Source: Daphnia carinata (taxonomy: Eukaryota). Taken from it: a stretch of 64,000 nt of DNA. The notes beneath the pieces are model-generated. The model was not told the DNA's origin. It worked only from the letters and a program-made list of their open reading frames with translations, and searched no databases. The stretch covers positions 4,216,001 to 4,280,000 of the forward strand of contig NC_081332.1 of the NCBI RefSeq assembly GCF_022539665.2, in the 5' to 3' direction. The translations under genes and the position numbers were made by a program. This document shows, piece by piece, positions 49,901 to 64,000 of this stretch (the stretch's first letter is position 1; the number at the start of each line of letters is the position of its first letter).

Positions 49901-52900
49901 CTCACGAATTCTTGAATTTCTTTTCACTGTAGCGCTGACCATCGATCATCACACCAGACCATAATTCCAAAACTACAAAAGAAAATAGTTTTTTTTTTAT
50001 GGCGATCAAACATTAAGAGAAACAAAAATACGAATTAAATAAAAAAATATATACATTTACAGTGTGAATCACTCGTCCTCTAACGACGTCCATTTTTCAT
50101 TTTAGTTCTGCCCCACACGGTGACGCATTCATCAAAAAATCCTAAAAGAGAACTTTTTCCACATACAAAAAAAACGTACAGTTACATTCAACAATTCTAA
50201 ATTGAAATAAATGAATAAAAAAAATATTACGTCAGCGCTAATCATTCATTCTTGCTTTGGCCTCCTTATTTTTGCAACACTTCTGTTTCACGTGGCACGT
50301 AATACATTTACGACTGGCAGAAAACGGGGGGAAATTCGATAACGCCAGCTTTTAAACTCTTATGTTTTTGGCAGGAAACTCCTAAAAACAAAACGAAATA
50401 CCAAAGGTATGTACGTCAGAAAATCCCGCCCTCGGTACGACAAACTTAGGAATGCAATTTAACAAGTAATAAGCACGACCAGGTGAGTCAGCAGCTGTTT
50501 CGATCGTTTTCTCAAACTCTGAAATAGTGGCACTTATTAATCAATCGAGTCTGTCAACTGCAGGTCCTTTTGCGACCGTGTTGAGAACACGTTTTTATTT
50601 TTTGCTCTCCAGATGAAAACGACCAAATCCTCATTTTCATCACAACCAATTAACCTTTACACGTTCGAATGACAACGTCATTTTCGCTACGTATACATTT
50701 CCTCGGTTAAAGGTGCGAAATTTCCCAAATTAAAACACCAGCGCGGAAATTAAACTTCCGTTTGGCGCTTGTGCTTGTCAGTGGATCATTACGAGACTAT
50801 CGATTTACATGTTCATAAATTATCGATCACAAGTCGCACCCAGACGGCAGACATTTGGTTTTTTTTTTTTTTTTTTTTTTGGAGGGGGGCAGGGAAAGTA
50901 TGAGGGCCAATTTTTAATAGAAACATCTAGTAATCGGAATTGGATTATTGCCACAAGGTAGACACACAGAGTTTGGGCCGGGAATGATAACAAGCCCCAG
51001 TTTCATCATTTCCGGCATCCAGGGCCGTCGACCCTGTCCGGCTCGTCATTCATACCCAGAGGAACTTGTTGGAATAAGGTTATTTCTTTCATCGATTATT
51101 ACCGGCTGTAAATCTCGCACGCCCCTAATTCGTTAGTTTCGCTGTCACCTCGTCCTTTTGATTTCTTTCTGACTGGTGGTGGCTCGCCACGGAATAGAAC
51201 ACGCCAAACTGAAAACATTTCAAGAATTTCGTATTTTTTTCTCCTTACGTTTCTTTTCTTTTTGTGTGTGTCTGTGTTTTTGTTAACTTGATAGAATTGG
51301 GAGGAGGGAAAAAAAAAAAAAAAGAAGTTGCAGAATTAAAGCGGATGTTTGGCTATTGGCCTGGTCGTCGTTCTTGGCAAAGAATGGAAGTTACTCTTCA
51401 TTTGGCATTTGAAAGAAAACGGAAAAAATGTATTTATATAAGGCGGGTTCGGCCAAGTTCGATTACATCTTCCTTCCGATTCAGGTCGGGATTTATAAGA
51501 AAAGCAAAAAAAAAATAATTCACCTCCATCTCTTTCGTTCCATTCAATGCAACGACGTGGAAAACGAGTATACGTCGCACGGGTCAATCTTTTCTGTGTC
51601 TGCAAGAACGATGGTAGACCTTTTGCCAACTCATTTCCGTGTGTACCGACCTGCCTCTATAACCGAAATAGGCGTATCTTTGAAAAAGCGAGTAGACTGT
51701 CCAATATCTATCGTATGTGTATAATAGCTGGGCAAACAAAAATTCAATAAAAAAAAAACCGGACCAATAGCAGAATCGACGGGAAAACGTCTTTTATTAT
51801 TCAATTTTCTTGAATCTAATAAATCTATAATGTTTATACTGCGGACTTCAAAGGCCAATGAATGCTACTAGACTAAACTTTCCCGAAAAAAAAGGGGGAG
51901 CTCTAGACTAGCCAATAATAATAATTTCTTCTGCTCGCGCTTCTTAAATACAAATGTCGTCCAGCTGATTTATAGTTTAAAATGAGACAGGCAACAAAAA
52001 AAAAAAAAAAAAACTGATTAAAACGCTAGCAAAGAACAAACAACATTAACAGCAACACAAAGAGCGCAAGGAAGTGGTGGACGAGCGTGACACGAGACAA
52101 AGTAACTCGCACATGGAAGTGAACGCTTCTCTTTTCCCGTTACTTCAGAGCGAGTTGGTTAAAATAAACACGAGTCCGCTGACTTGAACTATGCTGCACA
52201 AAATGACCCCGCCTGTTCCAAATTTATTATTTTTTTAATCTATGCAATTCTTTTCGGGTGATCTGAACTCGTTACGCAAAAGAAAGAAAAAACGGACATT
52301 GAAAGTGTGGGATGAAACCGGACCGGATGCGCTGCGTGAATTTTGTTTTTTTCACGCTGTTTGATGGGATTACAATGAAGCTCGGGCTTTCTCTTTTTCT
52401 TCGAAATCTTTCAAAGGGCAAAAAAAAAAAAAAATGGATCAAGAAGAGAATTGAAATTTTGGGTGGTCTCCATTTTGTTCTTTAAAAGAAAGAACAAAAA
52501 CAAAATAGCCGAATGCTTTTCCATCACGATCCGCATTGGGCATGACGTGATTCAGCTGTACGAAAAAAAAAAATTCTTTTCAAACTTTTGTTCTCGATTT
52601 TTACCGCTCTGGAAATTAAAAAGTCCAGCAATTTCTTAATAAGAATAAAAAAAATAAATAAATAAAATTTTGCCAATTATTTTAGAACATTTTTTCTTTC
52701 ACCAATGTTCTCGAATGCAGTTTTGGCAAAATTCGATCTTGCGATGCGCTATTTCGTCTCTGACGTCATTCCAATTCCTGAGGGGGGGGGGGGCAGCAAA
52801 ATGGCGTTATCCTGGAATACATCTCAGACAAAAACAAGAAACAACACGCACGCGAAGTAAAACAAGAAAGCAGCCGACAATATTCATTTGATTATATGTA

Positions 52901-55510
52901 CCATGGTGCGAGAACTGTCTGCTAACACAGCTGATACAACCAGATGAAAAGAAAGCAAAAAAAAAAAAGGTATCCAATTCCAAAAGTCCCGCTCGTGCAA
53001 CTTTGTCTTGATAACATTCATCAGTCACACACGACAACGGGTTTCTTTTATTTGATTTTTTTTTCTTTTTCCCGCAAACTGTTCGGCGATTGAAGATGAA
53101 AAAGAATAGGGGGGAGACTCAACAAAATGGAGAAAAGAGAACTCGTACCAACAAAGACGTGTAATGTCCCCGGCCATAAGCGATTCGACACGCCTCGTTC
53201 GTTCCAATCGATAAACGTTTTTTTTTTTTTAAGATGTGGTTATTTTGCCCAAAAGTTTTAGTGTAGGTCATCAACAGGAATGTTTTTTTTTTCTTTCTTT
53301 TTGTACACGGACATTTTAAACGTACGCCGCACATAAATGAACAGACTGTAAAACATTATAAACATCCCGCTACGTTAGTCCGCGCGGCACTACTTGCGTG
53401 CGAAAATCGTAAAAAAATAAAAAAAAAATGTACAATAAAAGATGATATAATATTCACCGTTAGGCGATAGTTTTCGACCTAGAAGATTTGCGTCCATTCA
53501 GGCGAAAGAAGAAAACAAAAACAAAAAGAAACGAACATAAAATTCATTCTTTTGGGAGAGATGGAAATGTTCACCTGTGCAGAAACCCGTTTCTTTGCAG
53601 GCAGTTCCAAAAAAAAAAAACGTGATATATCGAAAAGGGCCGTCGGGGTAGTTCTCTGTAAAATTGGTATTTGCACGATTGATTGTGAAAAGAAGACGGA
53701 GAAAGGCATTAAGAGAGCGTGAGGAGACAGGAATCTAATAAGGTTGTACATGGTGAACGGTGCAAAAAAAAAAAAAAAAGGGAAATGGAACAAAAGAGAA
53801 CAGAGCCTATAAGGGTAAAATCCAATCATAACTAGATTGAGTATGGCCAGACGACACGCCCGAATTGACTCAAACAAGAAAACGAAAAAAAAAAAAAAAA
53901 GATCTCTTTTTCCACCGCGCATTGTTTTCGTTTTTTTAAAAACGCTAAAAGCAGATTCAACTATGTATTTCTTGAAACAGCTAAATAAGATTCTAATATA
54001 ATAGAGGCTCCAGATTTGCAAACGAAATAAATCAAATAACGTGAGAGATTTTCCGGTTAACGCTGCGGAGCGTGTCGCCCGAATATTCAATCTGGACGAT
54101 AACGTTGACCACGCTCAAAAAACATCAGATATGAAATGATGATGCGGCTGCTGCGTCCATAATAGCGGTACTTCTTCTATTAAAGAGCAACAGATGGTTG
54201 GCACGTAGCGTTTCTTTTAACTTTCTTTTTGTGCGTATCATTCGTCTTTTTTTTTTTTTTCTCTGAAAAATTCGGACACGCCATAACAGAGCCGCCCAGT
54301 CTACATATCCCCAGCCAAGCGAGCTGTGAGAATGCTCAAACAGCACCATCTTTCTTTTTCATTTGGCCTTTCCTTGTTTTTTTGTTTTTTTTTCTTTAGG
54401 TTCGCATTTTGCGGTAGGTGCTGCTTGCGGTGGTCCACTATGTGAATCAGCTGCTGGGATAAATTTAAAGCTTCTTCTCAACTTCCGCTGACGTCAAACC
54501 CCCTCTTCCCAAAACAAAACAAAAAAAAAACAAAAAACAAAAAAACGGGAAGCGAATCAAAAATGTGGTGCGGCATATCGTCCCGTGGTAGAAGCGCATC
54601 GGTACAAAAAAATCACCCGCCATGTGCAGTGCGGTGTGTGTGTGTGTGTTCGGGTACGGGAGCACTTACGTCTGCGAAGTCTTTCAAATGCTCTTTTTTA
54701 AAAAGAAATTTTTAAAAATGGACCTTCGCTTTTCAAAGCAAACCATTTTTTTTTTTTTTTTTTTTATTAGTATTTCCGTCCGTTCATACACAACCGGTCG
54801 TACCTTTTTCTCTCTCTCTCTCTCTCCACACATACAGAAATGCATAAAAATATTTAAAAATAAATCTGCACCCGGATGATGACGTCCATTTTGCCCCATT
54901 CTTATTTCTAAAAAAATCGTCTAATTTATATTTTTTGAAAAAAAAAAAAAAAAAAAAAAAAAACGGGCGGGATTTCTTTTATACTGTGTACATTTCGCCG
55001 TTACGCTGCGAGGTGGGTGGGTTAGTGAAGAACCTCCTTTTTGGCTCGTCACACTATACTGCTACCGGTCGGTCGGCCGACCGTGTTGTGAAAAGCAGCA
55101 ACGTGAGTGGAAGGGCAAAAAGAAAAGAAGAAAAAAAAAAGGCTGACGGCTGCCGTGCTGTTCTTTCCCGTCGCCTCGATAAACTGCCAAAGTGGATCAG
55201 TAAGTCGTCGGATCCGAAACCATTCGGAACACACGGGGAAAAAGACTTTTCTTCAAAAAACTATCCGCACCAACAACAACAACAACAAAAATCAATTTCG
55301 AATTTACGAAATCCAATTGGTTGTTTCTCACTGCGGCCAAAAAAAAAAAAACAAAAAACGACGAAACAAAATTATTATTTATTTTTTCGGTCTGTGTGTT
55401 TCTAGTGCCGGTGCGTTTTTTTTTTCTTCTTCTACAACCGTGTCCCGTGTGTTGTTTCTTTAAACGCGTGAATTTCACAAAGAAGAAAAGCGAATCAAAA
55501 CCGGGGTGAG

Positions 55511-57821
55511 ATGTCGGTACGGAGGAAATCAGCTGATGTAGCGCCAGTGGCGCCGGCAGTTCCCCGACAGCGACGCGGTTCCGACCTGTCCGACAAGGTG
55601 GCCATGTTCAACAAGAAATTTCAAGACCATCACGAGAAGCAGCTGTCGAATCCCTTCTCCGACGTCGAGCGGCCCGACGGCTACCAAGCCACCAAACTGG
55701 ACGTCAACGACCCTAATTACGGCCGGTATGATTTTTATATTTAGAAAAAAGAAAAAATCTCTCGTGTTCCATGCAAGAAAAAAAAAAAAAAAAAAAAAAG
55801 CGTAGTCACTACTGGACTATATAGAGGCAATTTTGGTTTTTAAATCCCCGCAACGCGCACCATTTTTGGACACGAACACGAAGTGAATCATTTCTTGTTG
55901 GAAAATAATTTATTTCGTCTATTTGGCTCGCGTCTGAAATTCGCAACTACGTAACACGTTAACTTTCTACATTTTTCGGGTGTATCGTTGTCGTCCCTGC
56001 AAAAAGCAAAAGAAAAAAAAAAAAAAAACCAGACGGCAAGCTTGTAGGGCAAACAAGGGTCCCTGTGTTTCCAATAACCTTGACATCATTCGGCCTATCG
56101 CTTTTTCAGACTTGGGGCACAACAAACGGTTGCACGGAACGCGGGATTTCGTAAGAACACAAACATCCCTATTTTTAGGACATTTATTTCCCACCCTTTT
56201 ATTTTTTTTTTTCCTTCTTCAATCTCCTGTTGAAAATAAACAAAAACCGGATCCGACGCATATCCGGTTAAGTATATTAATTAGACGTCCGGTTGCGTCA
56301 CCTATGGAATTTTTTACGATTTCTTTCAGGGCGGAGAGCAGCAAAAAAAAAAAAAAAAAAAAGAAAAGAAAAAGTTGTTGAATGTCAAGTTCGTAGACGA
56401 TATGGTCACATTGGTGGGCAATGAATTTGAATGTACGGCCATCAATGAATGATTCAGAAAAAAACTTGGAAAGGCCGTGAATGTTTCCCTTCTTTTTGCG
56501 TTGAAAGGGAACATTCTATGCACGCACGTTAAAATGGGGGGGGGGGGGGGAGAGGGGAGGGGTAGAGGATAGCAAGCATCTGTCTGTGTCGCTCTGGCGA
56601 GATCTATATGCGTGCCTGTTACGGGACTAAAAAGAGGCAAAAACAAAAAGCGCACACCGTGGGGCTAGAGGGCGCGTGAAATGCAAGTTTTTCAGTGTGA
56701 CGTCAACCGCATACCAGTCGACTTATTATTGGCCTGGCCAACAGATTTTTCTTCTTCTTTTCGCTTCATGATATTTTCTTTTTTTTTTTTGGCGTGCGTG
56801 CTCCAACAGTATCCATCCAAACCAACATCCGGTCTAATGACGCCACTCCAACTTTTTTTTTATATTTTGTTTATGAAATTCTTTTAGCTCCTTTTAAAAA
56901 AAAAAAAAAAATAAAAATCTTTACTTTCTTTTACACATTTAACTTTTTTTTTATTACTTCTTTTCATTGGGGCATTTCGCAGGCCACCGGCCGGATCCAT
57001 GACGGAATTGAGAGGTAAGCACTACAAAAATGCCAGACTATCCAATAGAAAGAAATAAATAAATTTAACCATTTATTTATTCTTCTCCTTTTCTCCAGGC
57101 AAAAAAGCCAACCAACACATGAGGAAAGAATGGAGGACGCTTTGCGAAACCATCTACGACTGCGGCTACCGGTTTCCCGACGGAACTGCCATCATCCGCT
57201 TCGGCGATCTCTTCAACGTAAGTCTTTTTTGTTTTTAAAATAAAACAAAAACACAGTCGCATTTCTCTCTTAAATAATAATACCGGCTAAATTGTTATCA
57301 CGAAAAAAAAAAAAAAAATAAATAAATAATTGATTGCAGATCTACAACACGATCTCTGACAAGTGCGTGGGCAACCTGCTGAGCGCGCGGAAACACGGTT
57401 TCGTCTCCTTCGAAGGCGAAATGCTCTATCAGGTAAGTCACTCTCCAAAACCCTTTTGGGGCTCGTCAATTCATTCATTATTTCAAAGTAAAAATGTTAG
57501 CCCGCTAACGAATGGACCCTCCTTTCTTTCTCTCTTTATATTTTTCACGCCGGGAACGAACGCAACGGCTTCATAAAATGCTGCGGTTTTCCCGCTTGGT
57601 GGTTACTTTGCTCCGCGGTTTGTGTGTGTGTGTGTGTGTGTGTGTGCGGGAACTTTGTTTTTTACGACAATGGAAATACAACTGACCTGTTAATTGGACG
57701 GTGACAGAGGCGCGACGAAGACACGGAAATCACATTAGCCAAGCCTATTGAGGAAATTGTCAAATTACTGCCCATTGTGTTCGATCCGAATCAACACCTG
57801 TTGGATAACCTGCAAGAATAA
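55511..57821 (+). CDS. ABRA: Actin-binding Rho-activating protein (ABRA/STARS-like, Costars domain), ~190 aa
   Basis: Exons 55511-55725, 56983-57014, 57099-57217, 57340-57432, 57708-57821 join in frame. HHEKQLSNPFSD, DPNYGRPPAGSMTELRGKKA, IRFGDLFNIYNTISDKCVGNLLSARKHGFVSFEGEMLYQRRDEDTEITL. Confidence 0.93.
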
Positions 57822-60305
57822 ACAATCACATTATCAATCTTTTATGGCAGAGCAAAAACAGATACGAAACAACTGGGGCATATAATCATTTCTATACATC
57901 TATTTTATAGTTTATACGTACGATGATATTTAAAAAAAAAAAGGCCAAGTAAAGAATTGAGTCGTCATTGAGACGGACGAATCAATTGGGAGCAATTGGG
58001 GATTGTAGGTTAAATAATGAAGAGAAATAATTCAATGTGCCTGCTATTTTGCAATTAAATTTTTTTTTATTTTGTTTGCTACTGCTGGTAATTGTTATAA
58101 CAGGAAATTTCATTGGGATTTATCCGCAAGTATTTGATTTAAGGCAAAAATGTTTAACAATCTTCTTTTCGGTATTGTCAATGCTGTTGATATTTTTAGG
58201 CAAATCATTTATCCCTCCTCCTCCCTGCCAATTAAATTGTCATTGCCTTCCCAGAGATCCTCCGATGATTACGTCTCGATAATATTTAAGCAAAAAGAAA
58301 TCCCTCCAACAGTCGTGTGCAGCATGAAAGTCTCATCCGCAATGCTAATAATAATATATTTTCCTGTATACTTTGATGCAATCTTAGGGCGCATGGTGTC
58401 ACAAAACACAACAAGCAAAAAAAAAAAAAAACCAGAAATATGTGTATAAAAATTTTCAAAAGCCAATTCTTTGAAAAAAAAAAAAAAAAAAAAAACAGAC
58501 GACATTGGGAAATAAAAAAAAATTCTAAACAAAATTGAGTTTAAATTTAATTTCTGTGAAAAAAAATTATTTGGAGATGTTTTGAATAGAACAAAAACTG
58601 AAAAACGTTGGGATGCTCCCAACCAAATGCACACGCGACACGAATGATGTTTATGGATGAAAGTAATTAGATCCGGCCGGATTGATCATCACACGCATAC
58701 ATACACACACATCAGAAATGAATATTAATAAGAAAAGTACGCAACGTTAAAGACGAGGACTCTCTTATTCCAATTTTCTAGAGCACGACCACCATTTCCG
58801 CTCCAGTCTGACGATCGTCAAGCGATTTGCCTCTTTCCCCTCGTTATTTTTTTTTTTTTTTTGTGGAACCAATCAATCCGCCATCTGATTTTTCGGTGCG
58901 TCAATTTCAAATTCATCGCAAAAGCAGATCAAAGTCACGCAAATTTTTTTGGAAAACAGGCTCGATCTCTCGTGAATATATGTTCGTTCAAGTGTCATCG
59001 ATTGGGTTCCCTTTGTAAAATCAGATATTCAAAACAGTTAAAAAGAGTAAAACGTTCAAGTATGGGCTCCCCCCCCCCCCCTGTTCGAGAACGTACTCTT
59101 TTATCCGGCGCCATCCCTTCATCACCTTGCGTGAAAAATCACGCACGCTCTTCTCTAGAAATCTATTACTCGTCTGCGTGTCTTTTTTTCAACGATTTCT
59201 ATTGGCTGTATTCCCCCTCCATCCCGATATCTATGCACTTGTAATGGCCGCCTAGCGGATTTTCTTGTTTCTCTTCTTGTTCTTTTCTTCTTTCTTTTTT
59301 TTTTTTGCACACGTCGTTGAACGAAGGAACTGTCGTCTACGTGACATCCTTCATGCCACTACCCCTCCAAAAAAAAAAAAAAAATTAATAAATAAATTAT
59401 TTATTTATAGCAAACAAACGGAGCCACAACTATGGCGAATAACCTTGCGTGAGTTCCAACACGGCTGTGTATTTGGCACTTTTTCACGGTCAAACAATGC
59501 CCTTCCTCCCGCTCCAAACAAACAAACAAAAATTTGAACAAATTAGAGCAGTAAAACCGACGTTTTTCTTCTTTCAAGTTTGAACGTCAGCCAGAAAAAA
59601 AAAAATAAATAAAAAATAAGATACCGTTTGCAAAACATACCAAGCGCAACCTCATCAGTTGCGAATGGCTGCCCGCTGGCGAAGATATTTATTGCCAGGA
59701 GAACGGAGAGGGGGGAGAAGAGAGGAAACCATTAGAAATGTTTTTAGTCTCTCTCCGCGAGTATTCTTCTAGTTATTTTTTTTTTGTCCGCAGAGAGTGA
59801 ACATCCACAGACGCATATTCTCTTAAGATATTTATAGATTTTTTTTTTTTTCAAAGATTTAGTCGAGTCTTGTGTGTAGAGAGATCCAACGGCCTTGGTT
59901 AGTTTCGTTGCCAACTGGGCTCCACAAACGCCAGGACCCAAGTAGGAAAATAATTTCCAAACAAAATGTAAAAAAAACAAAAAACATGGGGTTCCGTACT
60001 GACGGACGAATTGAAGAAGGATTTGCATGGATTCCAGAAGCGACAAAGTTCCAGCATTTTCGTTTGTTCGCAGACAAAAGACGACGGATGTCTAAAATCA
60101 CGTGCCCTTACGAATCAAAAGAGCCCAGTTTCTCATTGTTTAACTAAAATTCACGAAATGATCTGTTGACACGACAGAGAGAGAGAGAGAGAGAGAGAAA
60201 AAAATGGACCATGAGATGTCACTGTTCAAGAGGCCATTGCTTAAACATATAACGTCATTTCGACTGATCTTCGTGTATCGCATTGATGTTTTATATTTAT
60301 ATGAT

Positions 60306-60306
<1 letters not shown>

Positions 60307-60337
<31 letters not shown>
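60307..60337. repeat. (TA)n microsatellite, one of many simple repeats
   Basis: Directly visible. Other tracts include (CA)n near 410-435, (GA)n near 1385-1408, 4054-4073 and 60175-60197, and (TG)n near 57621-57646. Confidence 0.9.
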
Positions 60338-60339
<2 letters not shown>

Positions 60340-63300
60340 AGAGGCTAGTCTGAGAACAAAAAAAAAACAACTCAGGAGGAGGGGTATGTATAATACCTTA
60401 TACATAAATCATATCGACGAATGTCAAATAGACACGCCCGGCTGCATTGGCCGTGCACCGTCAGCTGGAAAACATTTGCAACGAAAATAAAAAGTGGAAA
60501 ACGTGAGAGATATTATTGATATTACATACAGCGAACAAGAAACAAGAAACGATAAAAATAAAATATTATTCTTTAAAAAAAAAAAAAAAAGGAGTAGAAG
60601 AAATCAATAAAGACGTGTGCGTGTCGATATGCAAAAAAAGCGAGCCCGAAAAATCACGAATCAAAAGAATAAATCTTTTTTCAGGATCGGATTTGTTTAA
60701 CTGTTAAACATATTCAAATAAAAAGAATTTAGCGAGCGAATAACACGTTTGAAAAAAAATACGAACGGTTGGCTCGTAACTATGTCGAAAAGAAATGCTA
60801 TCAAAAACAAGGAGCTCTCGATTTTTTTTTTTTATAGCGAGCCAATTATGCATACAAATTACTTCAAAATAAAACTGAAAATAAAATACAAAGTTCGTCT
60901 CGAGTCGGATAGATTTCGCATCGCTAGCGGACAAGCGCTTGATTGGGACGTCGCAGGCAAACAAGCTTCCGACACTTTGATGCAACAAGACCTTCCCTGT
61001 CCCGTTAAGGTTGGCATCGTCCCACGCGAACGGAAATCAAACACTGAGAGAAACAATCTAACGAAATGGATACACATACATATCAAAGAGTCAATATTGA
61101 ATCCGTCGCTTTGCCTGTATCCGTTCCCGTCATTAGCATCCAGTTTCCCGTCTTTTTATGTATACATGCATATCCTTTTTTATTATTTTCAAACATCCTG
61201 TCTTCACAAAAATTCCTTCCTCTTTATAAAAAAAAAAAAATAAAAAAAAAAAAAAATAAAAATGGTCTACCATGAGCGGATGATTGAATCAAAATTTATT
61301 CGATGAAACTTTGATCGCGAAGGTAATAAAAGGATGTCTTCAAATCAATTTACGTCATCCGAATTTTCACCCGGCCCATTTTCAAGGCACACGGTAATGT
61401 CATCATCTGTTTCGGGAGCCAGCCTCTTTGCATTTCGTAACACACGCGGTATCAACTTTAATATCATAAAGGCCCCTTTAAAAAAAAAAAAAAAATAGTA
61501 AATCTGACTCGCAAAGTAGACTCAAATCGCTATTGCATAGTGCCGCTTAGAGTTAACAACAATAGATTTACATTCACGATTCAGTCTAAGCGGCAAGTTT
61601 GAATAATTAAAAAGCTTGGGCCTCGAGTTTCTCGCATTCGCATAAGTTGGCAGGTCTTTCGTGAATGGCAAACTATTATTCACGAGAAAATGGGAAACCT
61701 TGCAGTTAAGAACAATAACAAAACTCTGATTTAACTTTGGCCGTTTCAAAGGTGGAAAAAGAAAAGCGGTTGTGAAATTATCAAGTGAAAGTTTGAATAT
61801 TTCGAGATCTTTAGTCTAAGAATAGAAAATCCGTGCGTCTGTCGCAGTTTGCATTTATGACAGAAGCAAACTTTTGCTCGACAAACTTGAATGGTTCAAT
61901 GCGGCCTTCTTATGTATTTATTTTGCGGCTTACGCAATAAACCACGACTCAATTTCTACTTTATTATTAAATACGCGCGTCTGCGTAACGGCACCAATAA
62001 ATCAACATGTTCATTAGGACGCAAAGCGGAGAACTTCCCCGTGTCTGCTGTTAACTAAGAGAGCACATTGACGCCGTCAAAGTGGGCACAGCAAACTTGT
62101 AGTTTCACCGTTCGTCTACGAAGTATTTCAATTATTAACTGCTACTTGCGCGTGAGCGTCATTGTTTGCGTGGGACGATTACGTTTAAAAACAAACCAAA
62201 AAACAAAAATCATGAATTCCATTTTAACTGGACCATCTCCAATTACTGAGATAAACAAAATTCATTTCCGCATTTTTCTTCCGTTGCGGTTCAAGCCAAA
62301 GATGAACAACGTTGCCGCGTCTGGCTCGTTGTGTCAATCGAAATGGCTAATGAAGAGACACGCACACGTCACCGGACTATTTTGGCCCGTTTTTATTTTT
62401 TGAAGGGAAGAGCTTCACAACCTGATGGCTCATCACATGAGCCCACACAAACGGGGAGGTTAGAAATGTTAATTACCAACCCTAATGGAGAATGAACGCT
62501 TGCCAATAATTTTGTTTTTGAGAAATGTTTTCAGTGGGCGGTCAAGGTTGAATGTCACACAGTGACGTCTTAAAAACAAAAAACAAAAAAAAAAACGACA
62601 AAACAAAATTGCAGACGAAAGATAGACGCATTTTGCTAGACATCGCTGTTCCAAAAAAAATCGTCTACAAGTTTTTTCTCTTTTTTTTTTTTTGTTGTGA
62701 AGACAGGAAATTCAATGTCACGACAGGAAACGTCAAAGTCGTATCGAAAATTAATTGACGTTCAAGGATTCAATCACGCCCAGACGCGAGTGAAAAGATT
62801 ACGTAAAACATTTAAAGGGCGAAACGCAATTCGTTTGATTTAAACACGCGCCAATCATTGCCTTTGTACTTTCAAAACAATTCGATAACACTGTCAATAA
62901 TACGCCCGTATTTATGAATGACATTGTAAACATCAAGTAAGACTATATATACCAAAAAAAAAAAAAAAATGAAGAAGAAAAACAGACGTCTCCTTATACG
63001 AGCGACTATTAGCTTCTAATTGGGTCAACTGATATCGAATACTATTTACGACGGCTTCTTCCATAAGACACTGTTACGTTATGGGTATATAGTTCAGCAG
63101 CCGACATTCGTGTCTATACGTAAACATATTCCGTTCAACTTGGATAATAAAAGTCCTCCATGACCCCTCCCCGTCTTTAATAACTTGCTCACCAAACGCA
63201 AACTCGATTGAACTTTTTTCATAACCAAATAAAAGTTTACCAACGACGTTCACAATTCGGGACCAAAACATTAATAAACACATTAGCAATAATTTTTTTT

Positions 63301-64000
63301 TTTAATCCAACGACTATTAATAAAAAAATGAATTTTTTAAAGTTAATAGCTGTTAATGAGGTTACCATTGGCTCCCGATAAATAAAACAAACGATCTACC
63401 ATAGTTATCTACAACGACATTCTTTTTTTATGCGACAGAAAAACATGATGAACCATTCCGATTTGGCTCAACAAAAGGAAGAAAATATCCTTCTTTTTTT
63501 TTTTTTTGCGGTCGACCGGCCCCTTGACTGCGGGATATCTCGTGACGACCCTTTGCCCAAAGATCCCCTCTTTAAGAACCCCCCTTCAAAAAAAAAATAT
63601 ACCGGATTTAACGACAGAAGGAAACTTGCTACTACTAGACTTGTACTAAAGGATTACGACCGTCAGTCTAATCACACAGCATCACAGATACGACCCTCTT
63701 TGCTACGGACTCCCGTTCCCCCCCCCCCCCCCCTTCTTTTTTTTTCTTCTTTTCTCTATGCGACTGTTTCACGGTGAAGGCTTTCCGCCTAGTGCCAAAT
63801 GATGAACTCGGCGGATAACGAGAGGGATAGTAGGCAAAAAGGGGGGGGGGGGGAGATGCTTTTGTGTTAACAGAGGAAACGAAAAGGAGAAGAGACAAAA
63901 GCTCTTGCTTGATCAAGTCGGGGGGGGGGGGCTATTGTCAACGTGATGATGTTGTCTCATCCTCTCTGACGTTTCCCTCTCTCGATCGGCTTTATATTTT

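Noticed and set aside
54854..54863. MEF2-like TTAAAAATAA upstream of ABRA
   Set aside because: Attractive because vertebrate ABRA is a MEF2 target, but such AT-only matches are expected by chance here.

Overview
Eukaryotic, AT-rich animal DNA with many ~60-80 bp GT-AG introns; intron size and gene families suggest an arthropod, most plausibly a Daphnia-like crustacean (inference). Exon chains were read by eye and family calls are from recalled motifs, not searches. Left to right: an SFMBT1/2-type Polycomb gene (MBT repeats, SLED, AT-hook, SAM; minus), a C11orf54/DUF1907 hydrolase (minus), a CCHamide/bombesin-type GPCR (minus), two type II membrane mucin-stalk genes (plus), three tandem GH31 alpha-glucosidases (plus), a protein with PIP-box, SIM and Nse5-like (SIMC1/SLF1-like) features (plus), overlapping Pcc1/LAGE3 and PIG-P ORFs (minus), ORMDL (plus) and ABRA/Costars (plus). 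Highlights: (1) the two mucin genes look like stand-alone copies of the GH31 first exon; (2) Pcc1 and PIG-P overlap by 19 nt and are probably bicistronic; (3) the SIMC1/SLF1-like protein may link PCNA, SUMO and SMC5/6; (4) a gene-conversion tract, a GC-AG intron and a four-cysteine trefoil occur in the GH31 array. No CRISPR, rRNA or intact tRNA was seen.
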